Assembly (NCBI GenBank): GCA_965277285.1
Contig: OZ255721.1
Location: 2,624,001-2,688,000 of the forward strand
Reading direction: 5' to 3'
Length of the DNA stretch: 64,000 nt
Source of the DNA: Abditibacteriaceae bacterium
GTDB lineage: Bacteria; Armatimonadota; Abditibacteriia; Abditibacteriales; Abditibacteriaceae
The position numbers were made by a program, and so were the translations under genes. Below the pieces are notes generated by a model. It had not been told where the DNA came from. It was given only the letters and a program-made list of their open reading frames with translations, and did no database searches. How positions within the stretch are numbered: the stretch's first letter is position 1; every line of letters starts with the position of its first letter. Below, one piece after another: positions 39,534 through 48,180 of this stretch.

Positions 39534-40634
39534 TCAGGCTTGCATCGGCATTACGACGTAGAGAAAATCGCTCTGGCCTTGAGCGCGCAAAATGCCCGGA
39601 TTGAGCGCGCCGGTGAGTTCCAGCGTCGCTTGTTCCGTGTGCAAAATGTTCAAGACATCGACCAGATAGCGCGTGTTGAAGGCAATCGTCAGGTTTTCGC
39701 CGTCCATCGAAATCGGCACTTCTTCATACGCTTTGCCGACTTCGGAACTTTCCGCTGTCATTTCCAGCAAGTCGCCTTTGGTCGTCAAAATCGCTTTTTC
39801 GCTGTTATTTTTCGCTACGATAAAAACGCGGCGCGCGGCGCTCAAAAACTCGTTGCGGTTAAAAACGATTTTGCGGTCAACGCCCTTGGGAATGACTTTT
39901 TCGTAGTTGGGAAACTGGCCATCGAGTACGCGACTGACGAGCGTCACATCAGCGGTTTCAAACTGCACCTGAGATTGGCCGAAACGGATGTGAATGGTTT
40001 CTTCCACCGTGTCTTTCAGCACGCGCTCCAGTTCGGCCAAAGGCTTGGCGGGAATAATTTGCGAAACTGGCGTCGAAACTTCTTCGCTCAACGTCGTTTG
40101 CTTCCATGCCAAACGATGCGTATCGGTTGCGACTAAAGTCAATTTATTGCCGCGCGCTTCGAACAAAACGCCCATCAAAATACTGCGTGTTTCTTCTTTG
40201 CTGGCCGCGAAAGTCGTCAAGCGCAGCATATCTTTCAAGACCGATTGCGGCAGCGTGATGTCGATGCCTTCTTTGACTTCGGGCACGACTGGAAAATCTT
40301 CGGCTGGCAAACTCAAAATTGTGTAATCGCTTTTGCCGCTGCGCACTTTGACCTTACCGTCCTGCAATTCGAGCGTGACAGGCGCGTCCGGCAGCTTGGA
40401 AACCACGTCGCCCAACACGCCCGCAGGAACCGCGACCGCGCCGTTTTCGGAGATTTGTGCGGGAATCACACAGCGAATTGCGGTATCGAGATCGGTCGCG
40501 GTCAGTTTGAGGCGGTCGTCTTCGGTTTCCAGCAGGACGTTGCTCAAAATCGGCAAGGTGTTGCGCGAAGAAACCGCGCGCCCTGCAACTCCCAAAGCAT
40601 TCGCCAAGTATCCGCGCTCGCAAGTGACTTTCAT
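39534..40634 (-). CDS. dnaN: DNA polymerase III beta clamp
   Basis: LPILSNVLL, ATDLD, VATDTHRL, SRVLDGQFPNYEKVIP, YVVMPM. Confidence 0.97.
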   Translation of the reverse strand: MKVTCERGYLANALGVAGRAVSSRNTLPILSNVLLETEDDRLKLTATDLDTAIRCVIPAQISENGAVAVPAGVLGDVVSKLPDAPVTLELQDGKVKVRSGKSDYTILSLPAEDFPVVPEVKEGIDITLPQSVLKDMLRLTTFAASKEETRSILMGVLFEARGNKLTLVATDTHRLAWKQTTLSEEVSTPVSQIIPAKPLAELERVLKDTVEETIHIRFGQSQVQFETADVTLVSRVLDGQFPNYEKVIPKGVDRKIVFNRNEFLSAARRVFIVAKNNSEKAILTTKGDLLEMTAESSEVGKAYEEVPISMDGENLTIAFNTRYLVDVLNILHTEQATLELTGALNPGILRAQGQSDFLYVVMPMQA

Positions 40635-40785
40635 TTTTCGCTGCTCTCCGTTGCGACTAACCGTGTGACCGTTTGGTGAAATCGAGTACTCGATTCGAGG
40701 CGCCAAACTTTCGTGTCGCATGATTTTAACACGGGCCGCGAAAATTTGCACGAGCGATTTTCAGCCGATGTTTTCACCGTTGGAA

Positions 40786-40995
40786 TCACCATTCCGAACA
40801 CGTCACCAGATAGCCGCAGCCTATGGTTCGGCAAAACAGCTTGCATTTTTGCGCTTCCAACGCCTTGCCGCAGTTGGGACACCACAGACCACTTTGCGGC
40901 GCATCGCCAATTATCGCTTTCTCCTCGATTCGAGTACTCGTTTGGTCGGGTAGGGGAGTGCTGTTGAGTGAGTTTTCTAAAGTGTTCATTTTCAT
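40786..40995 (-). CDS. Small Cys-rich zinc-finger-like protein
   Basis: CPNCG...KCKLFC....CGY..CS pattern, 6 Cys. Confidence 0.65.
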   Translation of the reverse strand: MKMNTLENSLNSTPLPDQTSTRIEEKAIIGDAPQSGLWCPNCGKALEAQKCKLFCRTIGCGYLVTCSEW

Positions 40996-41029
40996 CTCTG
41001 TTTTTGAATGGTTTTCGATGTCTTTTTTG

Positions 41030-41295
41030 AGTTATCCCCAGGCGTTTGAAAAACGAGAGAGTGCTGTACTTAATTTATATATTAAATACTTATTATTATT
41101 AGGCCTATGGATAAAGGGATAACTTTTCAAAAAACCCGTTTCGCCCATATTCTATAAGACTCTTTTCTTAAAAAAGTTATCCACACCCCTGTGGATAAGT
41201 ACCCCCACTTTTCCCTGTTATCCATATTGACACAAAGTTTTGCGGAGTTGTAACTATCAATCCATAGGTTTATCCCCAACCCGATAGGGATAACT
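41030..41295. other. Probable replication origin oriC (DnaA boxes plus unwinding element)
   Basis: TTATCCACA 41177, TGTGGATAA 41190, TTATCCATA 41218, TTATCCCCA 41032 and 41270, TATGGATAA 41106; GGCC, trinucleotide repeats and AT tract 41071-41105. Confidence 0.88.
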
Positions 41296-41425
41296 TCTGC
41301 TTGGTCGTAACAAGCAAGCAGAAACAGCATAAATCGAGTACTCGAACGTGGTTTGATAGCTCATCAAAGTGCCTCGTTGAAATTGCGTTATAATTTGAGG
41401 CGACAGTTTTGTTCCCGAGTTTTTT

Positions 41426-41956
41426 ATGCAAAAGTGGCGGCGTGGTTTCTGGGTTGTGATGTCTCTGGTGGCGATGAGCGCGTTGTTTGCGCCATTGGCT
41501 GCCGTCGCTGCGGCGTGTCCGATGATGAATGGCGCGGTGGGTTTGTGCGAGATGAGCGCACGGGATGCGACATCGCAGCCGCTTTGTGCCGAATGCCAGA
41601 AAACTGCTAAAGCCGACTGCGACGATTGTGCGGGACATCATCAATCGTCGGGTTCAAAGTCTGATCCGGCGCCGAGCGTGACGCAAATTGTGAAGTCTGC
41701 GCCATTTGGTCAATTTGTCGCTCATCGAGTACTCGATCACGGTTGCCGGTGCGATGTTCAACCGGCTTCGCCTTATCTTCAAGCCGCCACAGAAACGCCG
41801 TCTCACGCGCCCAATTTGTGGGTTTTGATGCCGGTGCGTAGTGCGTCGCTGGTTTTGCCGCCTGTGCTTCAGCGCGGTTTTTTGCCGCTCAGTCACGCTC
41901 CGCCCCGAAGTTTTTCTGTTCTTCCTCGCGCCTCGCGCGCGCCTCCCGTATCGTAA
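41426..41956 (+). CDS. DUF2946/CruR/CutF-like exported leader protein with CxxC motifs and C-terminal RAPP
   Basis: Signal/TM segment, CAEC, CDDC, CRC; ends RASRAPPVS. Confidence 0.7.
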   Translation: MQKWRRGFWVVMSLVAMSALFAPLAAVAAACPMMNGAVGLCEMSARDATSQPLCAECQKTAKADCDDCAGHHQSSGSKSDPAPSVTQIVKSAPFGQFVAHRVLDHGCRCDVQPASPYLQAATETPSHAPNLWVLMPVRSASLVLPPVLQRGFLPLSHAPPRSFSVLPRASRAPPVS

Positions 41957-42107
41957 TTCCAGGTTGAAGTCGTTCGCTTTCTTTGCAACGTCTTTCGCCT
42001 TCGCCTTTGGCCTTCGCAACTTTTTCGCGCGGGCTGTTTTTACGCGTTCGTGGTGTCTCCTTTAAGAGATTTCGACGAACGCCGGACAACAACGGCAAGG
42101 AATTACG

Positions 42108-42749
42108 ATGTCTCGATTTTTTCGTTTTGTTCTGGCGATTATGATTATCGCTTTTGCGTCGCGCCCAAGCGCCGCAGCCGAAAACGCGGCGCCATTCGCG
42201 CTGTTTTCTCACACACTTCAAACTTTGTCGCCCGATGAATTGGCGAAAGCTCAAAGCATGACCACAATCGGCAAGCTGTCGGATGACAAGCAAAGCTTGA
42301 CTTTCGACGCGTCGGCGATTCGCCTGGTTGTGACGACTGGCCCCGCCGACGATATGTTGTCGTATCGTATTCAAGGCGTGCGCAACCCAACTTTGGTTGT
42401 TCCCAAAGGCGCGACTCTTCGCATTTTGTTCGTCAATACGGACGAAGATATGCCACACGATCTGCGTTTTGGCGCGGTTATGCCGCCGTTTCCTCTTGTG
42501 TCCGATGCGACGAATTCAGTCGGCAGCGCGAAACTTCAGCCTTTGACAAATGGCCAATATGCAGCGGATGAAGTTTCCTTTCAAACGACTTCAATTGGTT
42601 CGTTCACTTATTTTTGCAGCGTGCGCGGCCATGCCAAAAGCGGAATGTTTGGCACGATTGCAGTCGGTGTTGCTGCGCCCGATTCGAGTACTCGATCTGC
42701 GGGAACGATGGCTGGAATGGATATGGGCGGCATGAAGATGTCTGGCTAG
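42108..42749 (+). CDS. Secreted cupredoxin (rusticyanin/plastocyanin-like)
   Basis: Signal peptide, MPHD, YFCSVRGHAKSGM type-1 Cu ligands, Met-rich tail. Confidence 0.85.
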   Translation: MSRFFRFVLAIMIIAFASRPSAAAENAAPFALFSHTLQTLSPDELAKAQSMTTIGKLSDDKQSLTFDASAIRLVVTTGPADDMLSYRIQGVRNPTLVVPKGATLRILFVNTDEDMPHDLRFGAVMPPFPLVSDATNSVGSAKLQPLTNGQYAADEVSFQTTSIGSFTYFCSVRGHAKSGMFGTIAVGVAAPDSSTRSAGTMAGMDMGGMKMSG

Positions 42750-42758
42750 GACAAAGGT

Positions 42759-44078
42759 TTGATGTCGCCCATTTCGTCGCCGATGGCGATGCGTTCAACG
42801 GTTGATTTGAATGACCCGATGAGCCGCGAAAGTTCCGGCACGGCGTGGCTGCCTGATTCTTCGCCGATTTACGCGCAGATGCGGATGAAGGGCGATAAAA
42901 TGCTAATGTTTCACGGCGACGCTTTTCCCCGTTATACAAGCGTTGGCGGCGACCGCGATGTGTCGATTGCGGGGCAAGGCAGCCGCAGCCGACTGGACGC
43001 GCCGACGATGTTCATGGGAATGTACTCGCAGCCTGCGGGCGCGCGGGCGCAACTGGGTTTTCGCTTGATGACAAGCCTCGATCCTATTATTGAGCGTGGC
43101 TACGGTTATCCGTTGTTGTATCAAAGCGGCGAAACGTATGGCGGTCAAGCGATTCACGACCGCCAACATCCGCACGACTTAATTAGCGAACTTTCGGCGA
43201 CGTATTCGTGGCGACTGAGTGCAAATCGTTCGGCGTATTTTTATGTCGGTTATCCGGGCGAACCGGCGCTGGGGCCACCGACGTTTATGCACCGCGTTTC
43301 GGCAATGGATAATCCCGACGCGCCGATTTCGCATCACTGGCAGGATTCGACGCACATCACGTTTGGCGTGCTGACAGCGGGTTATTCGTTTGGGCGCTTC
43401 AAACTGGAGAGCAGCGTTTTCAAAGGCCGCGAGCCGAACGAAAATCGCTATAACTTCGATACGCCGAAGTTGGATTCTTTCAGCGGACGCTTGTCGTGGA
43501 ACCCGACGCGCGATCTGGCTTTGCAAGTTTCGCACGGCTACCTCAAAAGCCCTGAAGCGACGGAACCGAACCTGAACCAGCATCGCACGACGGCTTCGAT
43601 TATCTGGAACCAACCGTTGGGCGACGATTCCAACTGGGCGAACACGTTTTCTTTCGGGCAGATTCGCAGCGGCGGCGAAAAACCGACGAGTTCTTTTTTG
43701 TTCGAGACCGATTACCAGCGCCGTAAAAACACGTTCTACGCTCGCTTCGAGCGCGTTCAAAAATCGGCTCACGAGCTGGTTTTGCCAGGCGATAACGTGT
43801 TCAACGTCGGTTCTTATGCTGTCGGTTATGTGCGCGATCTCAGTCGCAACAAGGGTTTGGATGTCGGTTTGGGCGCGCAGGTGACATTTGGCACCAATCC
43901 GTCGAGCTTAGATTCCGTTTATGGCGGCGGGACGCATACCGGCTTTCAGGTTTTTCTGCGCATTCGTCCTTCGCGGTTGCGCATGGACGACATGAAGGAA
44001 AAAAGCGGCGACATGGCGGGCATGAATATGTCGTCTTCTTCAACGTCCACGACAATGTCGGGCATGAGCATGAAATAA
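42759..44078 (+). CDS. Met/His-rich putative outer-membrane beta-barrel protein
   Basis: SGTAWLPD, DRQHPHD, HHWQDSTH, alternating beta strands, Met-rich C-tail; in frame with the upstream ORF. Confidence 0.75.
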   Translation: MMSPISSPMAMRSTVDLNDPMSRESSGTAWLPDSSPIYAQMRMKGDKMLMFHGDAFPRYTSVGGDRDVSIAGQGSRSRLDAPTMFMGMYSQPAGARAQLGFRLMTSLDPIIERGYGYPLLYQSGETYGGQAIHDRQHPHDLISELSATYSWRLSANRSAYFYVGYPGEPALGPPTFMHRVSAMDNPDAPISHHWQDSTHITFGVLTAGYSFGRFKLESSVFKGREPNENRYNFDTPKLDSFSGRLSWNPTRDLALQVSHGYLKSPEATEPNLNQHRTTASIIWNQPLGDDSNWANTFSFGQIRSGGEKPTSSFLFETDYQRRKNTFYARFERVQKSAHELVLPGDNVFNVGSYAVGYVRDLSRNKGLDVGLGAQVTFGTNPSSLDSVYGGGTHTGFQVFLRIRPSRLRMDDMKEKSGDMAGMNMSSSSTSTTMSGMSMK

Positions 44079-44162
44079 ACCAAAACGTGGCGCAAATGTC
44101 TTGTTGTGAGGCGCTTGCGCTGTTTTCCTTTGCGATTTCTTCACCACAAAGGAGGTGATTTC

Positions 44163-44360
44163 ATGCGGAATAAGTTCAATTTGCTGGCGGCTTTGATGGC
44201 TCTAACTTTGGGCGGCGTCGCTGTCGCTCAGGCTCAGGGTTCGAGTACTGGAAGTTCCAGCCAATGCTGCCCGAGCGGACAGTGCGCTCCGTGCTGTGCC
44301 AAATGCACCCAGTGCGACGCCAATTGCTCGCCTGATGATGTGCTGCAAAAAGTAACGTAG
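44163..44360 (+). CDS. Small secreted Cys-rich (metallothionein-like) peptide
   Basis: Strong SD AAAGGAGGTGAT; signal peptide; CCPSGQCAPCCAKCTQCDANC. Confidence 0.75.
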   Translation: MRNKFNLLAALMALTLGGVAVAQAQGSSTGSSSQCCPSGQCAPCCAKCTQCDANCSPDDVLQKVT

Positions 44361-44384
44361 TAACATCGAGAAAGCGGTAGTGGG

Positions 44385-45221
44385 TCAGTTTGAATCCAAG
44401 AGTTTAACGATTTCTTCAAGCGTCCAAACATGATCGGCAATGCCAGCGGCTACGGCGGGTGTTGTTTTGAGCGTTTGATGCACTCGACTAAAATTGTAGT
44501 ACATAAAGTGCAACGAAATCGCGCACGAATGATTTTCTAACTTTTTGCTAAACGCGTTGGTCAAGCGCGTGAAGCGGCGCATATTCATTCGCATTGTGAG
44601 GTTTGAGCGCTCTACAAAACTTGTGGATACGTGGTCTATATCGGGATTGCCCGTAATAGTCACTTTCTTCGCGCCTATGCAAGCTGTGGGGCTATATGAG
44701 CGCTGCCCTTGACCTTGTGGGTCATTCCCATAAAGTTTGACCAACATCGCATAATCAATATCACCTTCAAAGGCATCGCGCACGGCGTTGAGATAAGCGC
44801 GATGGCCGTCTGTAGTCAATTGCACGCGATTGGCGAGCCTTTCCATCACTTCGCCCATAAACTCATACGCCGATTCAACATCGCGGCGGCCTATCCACCA
44901 TGCCAGCATGAGTTTTGTATCAGGGTCAAGCGCCGTCCATGTCCACACGTCGCCGATGCCGAACTCATCACGCTTTTCTTCCGGCACGTTCTTTTCTTTG
45001 CAGCCGACAAACGACCAAATCTCATCGCATTGAACGCGCTCACACTTGAGACCGCGCAGCGTTTTGTCCTGATACGCGGAACAAACCCGCCCTAAATCCA
45101 CCAGCAATTTTGTCACGGTGTTTTTCGCAACGCCAGTAATGCGAACGGTTGAACGAATCGAATTGCCTTCAACCAAACAGCGGACAACGGCAATGCGGCG
45201 TTCTGTGGTGAGCTTGTTCAT
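44385..45221 (-). CDS. DDE transposase (IS1-family-like)
   Basis: N-terminal HTH, QCDEIWSFV, LTTDG...Y, VERSNLTMR...RRFTRLTNAFSKK. Confidence 0.9.
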   Translation of the reverse strand: MNKLTTERRIAVVRCLVEGNSIRSTVRITGVAKNTVTKLLVDLGRVCSAYQDKTLRGLKCERVQCDEIWSFVGCKEKNVPEEKRDEFGIGDVWTWTALDPDTKLMLAWWIGRRDVESAYEFMGEVMERLANRVQLTTDGHRAYLNAVRDAFEGDIDYAMLVKLYGNDPQGQGQRSYSPTACIGAKKVTITGNPDIDHVSTSFVERSNLTMRMNMRRFTRLTNAFSKKLENHSCAISLHFMYYNFSRVHQTLKTTPAVAAGIADHVWTLEEIVKLLDSN

Positions 45222-45270
45222 ACTGAATAGTATACTTGAGCGATTATGAATATGCAAGCAAGTAAGTAAG

Positions 45271-45323
45271 AAACTTATGCTTGCATTGTAAGTTAATCGG
45301 TGCTACAATGCAAGCATAAGTTT
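45271..45323. promoter_or_regulatory. Symmetric bidirectional sigma70-type promoter
   Basis: 20-bp perfect IR; TTGCAT-17 bp-TACAAT reads on both strands. Confidence 0.7.
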
Positions 45324-45340
45324 ACAGGAGGATGCTTGCG

Positions 45341-46354
45341 ATGAGTGAAAACTTCTCAGGGAAAGCGAAAGGTGGAAAGGCTTTAGCCGACATGATGTCG
45401 CCGGAAGAAAGAACGGAGAGGGCTAAAAAAGCCGCGACCGCCAGATGGGGAGCAAGGCCACCAAAAGCAACCCATAAAGGCAATTTTCAAGAAGAATTTG
45501 GAATTGACATTGAGTGTTACGTGCTTGATGATGAAAACAAAACTGCCGTGATTCATCAGCGCGGAATGGGTGACGCACTTGGTTTCAGCGAGAGCGGAAG
45601 CAGATTTCCGAGATTTATTAACGGCAAGAATATTTCTCCGTATATCGGGCCGCAGCTTCGTCAAAAACTTGAAAATCCCCTTGTATTTCAAGGACTTGAC
45701 ACGATTTCGGGCGGGCCATCAGGGAAAATTCTTCACGGCTTTGATGTTACTATCCTGATTGATGTCTGTAAGGCGATCATCGCTGCAGAAGCCGACGGGA
45801 ATTTAATGCCTAACCAAAGAGAGAGAGCGCAACGCGCGCACACTATTTTGGGAGCATCTGCCAAAGCTGGAATCAAGGGCCTTGTTTACGCCCTTTCGGG
45901 CTACGATGCCACAAAAGAAGAAGTTATTCGCACGTTCAAGTTGTACGTACGCGAAGAGGCCAGAGAATACGAAAAGGAATTCCCCGATCAGCTTTATAAT
46001 GAGTGGTATCGTTTGTATGGCATTCCGAGACCAGAAAAAAATCATCCGTGGAAATTTGCTCATTTGACAGTGCGTCAAGTTTATTTGCCACTTGCGAAAA
46101 GCAATGGGAAAATTCATGAACTGATCGTTGCACAAAAAGCTGCCTCGGGAGACCGTAGAAAAAAACTACATCAGTTCTTAGCTGATGTTGGAGTGAAAGC
46201 GTTACGCACACATTTAGGGCAGCTCTTGGGCATTGCACAAATTTCGCAAAGCAGGTCTGAATACGAAAGACACGTAAATAATGTCTTTGGTGACCAACGA
46301 GAATTGGACTTTGGAGACGTTACTTCTTCCACCGAGCCGCTGCCGCTTTCTTAG
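45341..46354 (+). CDS. P63C-domain-like passenger protein
   Basis: KGGKA.A....EER.E.AKKAA.ARW N-terminus, CYVLDD, YEKEFPDQLY.EWYRLYG, KLHQFL; AGGAGG SD. Confidence 0.75.
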   Translation: MSENFSGKAKGGKALADMMSPEERTERAKKAATARWGARPPKATHKGNFQEEFGIDIECYVLDDENKTAVIHQRGMGDALGFSESGSRFPRFINGKNISPYIGPQLRQKLENPLVFQGLDTISGGPSGKILHGFDVTILIDVCKAIIAAEADGNLMPNQRERAQRAHTILGASAKAGIKGLVYALSGYDATKEEVIRTFKLYVREEAREYEKEFPDQLYNEWYRLYGIPRPEKNHPWKFAHLTVRQVYLPLAKSNGKIHELIVAQKAASGDRRKKLHQFLADVGVKALRTHLGQLLGIAQISQSRSEYERHVNNVFGDQRELDFGDVTSSTEPLPLS

Positions 46355-46556
46355 CGATCTCAATTCGACGCTCTGGCGTAAGTTTCGCTGCGCGCGCCTT
46401 GCCGCCTTTGTTTCCACCCAAGCGCCCCAATGCAACAGCGGCGGGGTTCTTGGTGGACTCAACGGGCGACGTCTCACCAATCGCTTCTTGAAATACTCGA
46501 AAAGCAATCTCGTTTGTATCTTCCGGCCCTTGTTTCTTGCTTGAGCGCTTTTGCAT
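46320..46556 (-). CDS. Small basic IS-associated protein
   Basis: KNPAAVALGRLGG.KGGKARAAKLTPERR.EIAKKAAAARW. Confidence 0.75.
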   Translation of the reverse strand: MQKRSSKKQGPEDTNEIAFRVFQEAIGETSPVESTKNPAAVALGRLGGNKGGKARAAKLTPERRIEIAKKAAAARWKK

Positions 46557-46594
46557 ATGCTTATTGTACACTCATGAAATAAAGAAGTGCAAGA

Positions 46595-46891
46595 ATGGAG
46601 AAATTGGCAATGCTATACATAGCAACTACGCCGAGCGGCGACATAGATTTGACGGACATTGTGGCACGTCAATTTAGAGATGGAGGTTTTCGCGTAAAAG
46701 CCCGCAGCGGTAGTTCGGATACAGAGACGCTAATGAAACTGTATCAGCTTGAAGATAAATTCCCGTTGAGGATATATAGCGGGAATGATGAAATCGGCGG
46801 GGCGTTTTACTCTGTCACCGTGACGTTTCTTAACTCCGAAGTCCGAGCAAGTTTTGACTATATGGCACCGCTTGACCACGATTCAAACTGA
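46595..46891 (+). CDS. Hypothetical passenger protein
   Basis: ORF whose stop lies inside the right TIR. Confidence 0.55.
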   Translation: MEKLAMLYIATTPSGDIDLTDIVARQFRDGGFRVKARSGSSDTETLMKLYQLEDKFPLRIYSGNDEIGGAFYSVTVTFLNSEVRASFDYMAPLDHDSN

Positions 46892-46903
46892 CCCACTACC
46901 GAG

Positions 46904-46940
46904 AAAGCTGCTCCAGCGTAATGTTGGAGCAGCTTTTTTT
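46904..46940 (+). terminator. Intrinsic terminator displaced by the IS
   Basis: AAAGCTGCTCCA-loop-TGGAGCAGCTTTTTTT beginning within the TSD. Confidence 0.85.
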
Positions 46941-47037
46941 AGCAATCGAGTACTCGAATCGTGTCGTTTAATGCTGACAGATTGTAGAATCGAACTTATG
47001 CCTCGAACTTTGATCACAATTCTCGCCAAACACTCTT

Positions 47038-48165
47038 TTATTGGCTGTTATAACTACGGACGTTGCTGTAAGGTTTCGCTTTAACGGCATCAACGACAAT
47101 CGGTGCGTTAGGCGTGAAGGTATAGTAAATCGCCTGATGCGTTTTGTTGTCGCGGTAGTAAATCAGTCCGTTCATCGACCTGTAATATATGACGTGTTCA
47201 CCTTTTCGCAGAACGTTTTGAGCGAGATAAGCCAGCGCTGCCTCACCGTACAATTTCACGGTTCCCTTTTGCGGAGTTGTCACCGAAAGTTTCAGCAAGC
47301 GCGCGAACTCCTTTTCGTCAATGCGGTCGACGCTGCCGTCGGCGAAAACGACGCCGCGCTTGCCATCGGCTGAAGCCTGACTCTCGTAAAGCACAACGGT
47401 CTTAGCTGGATTCGACAACGATTTAAGGGGCTGACCTGAAAGCGTAGCATTGGTGCGATAAGGTTTTTGCGTGTCAGTTTGAACCAATAGCACACCATAA
47501 GTATTGTATTGATCGGGTCCTCTCAACTCTTTTTGCATGGTGGCTGCGTCTTTGAGCGACGGAAGTTTGTGAACAGCGCGCACGTAGTTCGAGAGAAGAG
47601 TACCGATTTGTTGCAGGTTGGCCAGAGAAAGCTGGTTTACAATACTGATTCGCGCTTTTTGCGACTGCTGAATGTCTTTTTCGACATCCACGTTTTGGAC
47701 GTTATCAAAGCGACCTGTCATGCGCGGGTTGATCAACGAAAGCTGTAAAAGAGTTTCGTGCGACAGAGCAGGTGGAATGATTTGGTTGCGCAAACTTGAT
47801 GGATAACCATCGTAGACAGTCTGACCTGCAGATTGAGGCACTTGAGGTTCGGCTTGCGTCAGGCGATACATAATGACAAATGGTTCACCCGCAACGGAAA
47901 CTGTCTTGCCCTGTGTATAAAGGTAATCCGGTGGGTTATAAGTCCCATTTCTACCGTAGGGTGTACGTACCATTTGCAATAGAACACCGTTGTCGGAAGA
48001 ACTTGGTGTCATGCGCCGCCACGAATCGTTCAAATCTCCCAGACGCATGGTCAATGGCGCTACTTTGCCAGCAATAAAAGTTTCAAAATTGTTCTCAGCG
48101 TCTTGCGCGCGCAAAGGCAGCGCCACAGCAAAGGTCAGTGCGGCGATAACGAGTACTCGATTCAT
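47038..48165 (-). CDS. Hypothetical secreted protein
   Basis: Signal peptide; V.FADG motif; AAGGA SD just after dnaA. Confidence 0.7.
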   Translation of the reverse strand: MNRVLVIAALTFAVALPLRAQDAENNFETFIAGKVAPLTMRLGDLNDSWRRMTPSSSDNGVLLQMVRTPYGRNGTYNPPDYLYTQGKTVSVAGEPFVIMYRLTQAEPQVPQSAGQTVYDGYPSSLRNQIIPPALSHETLLQLSLINPRMTGRFDNVQNVDVEKDIQQSQKARISIVNQLSLANLQQIGTLLSNYVRAVHKLPSLKDAATMQKELRGPDQYNTYGVLLVQTDTQKPYRTNATLSGQPLKSLSNPAKTVVLYESQASADGKRGVVFADGSVDRIDEKEFARLLKLSVTTPQKGTVKLYGEAALAYLAQNVLRKGEHVIYYRSMNGLIYYRDNKTHQAIYYTFTPNAPIVVDAVKAKPYSNVRSYNSQ

Positions 48166-48180
48166 GGATTTCCTTGTGCG

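Larger units (their letters stand above)
44376..46900. mobile_element. Complete IS1-family-like element carrying passenger genes
   Basis: Perfect 21-bp TIRs GGTAGTGGGTCAGTTTGAATC (44376-44396, 46880-46900); 8-bp TSD GAGAAAGC (44368-44375, 46901-46908). Confidence 0.93.

Noticed and set aside
39440..42749. Selenocysteine/pyrrolysine or alternative genetic code for the in-frame TGA and TAG
   Set aside because: TGA and TAG terminate ordinary genes in this window, the positions are not catalytic, and no supporting recoding elements were seen.
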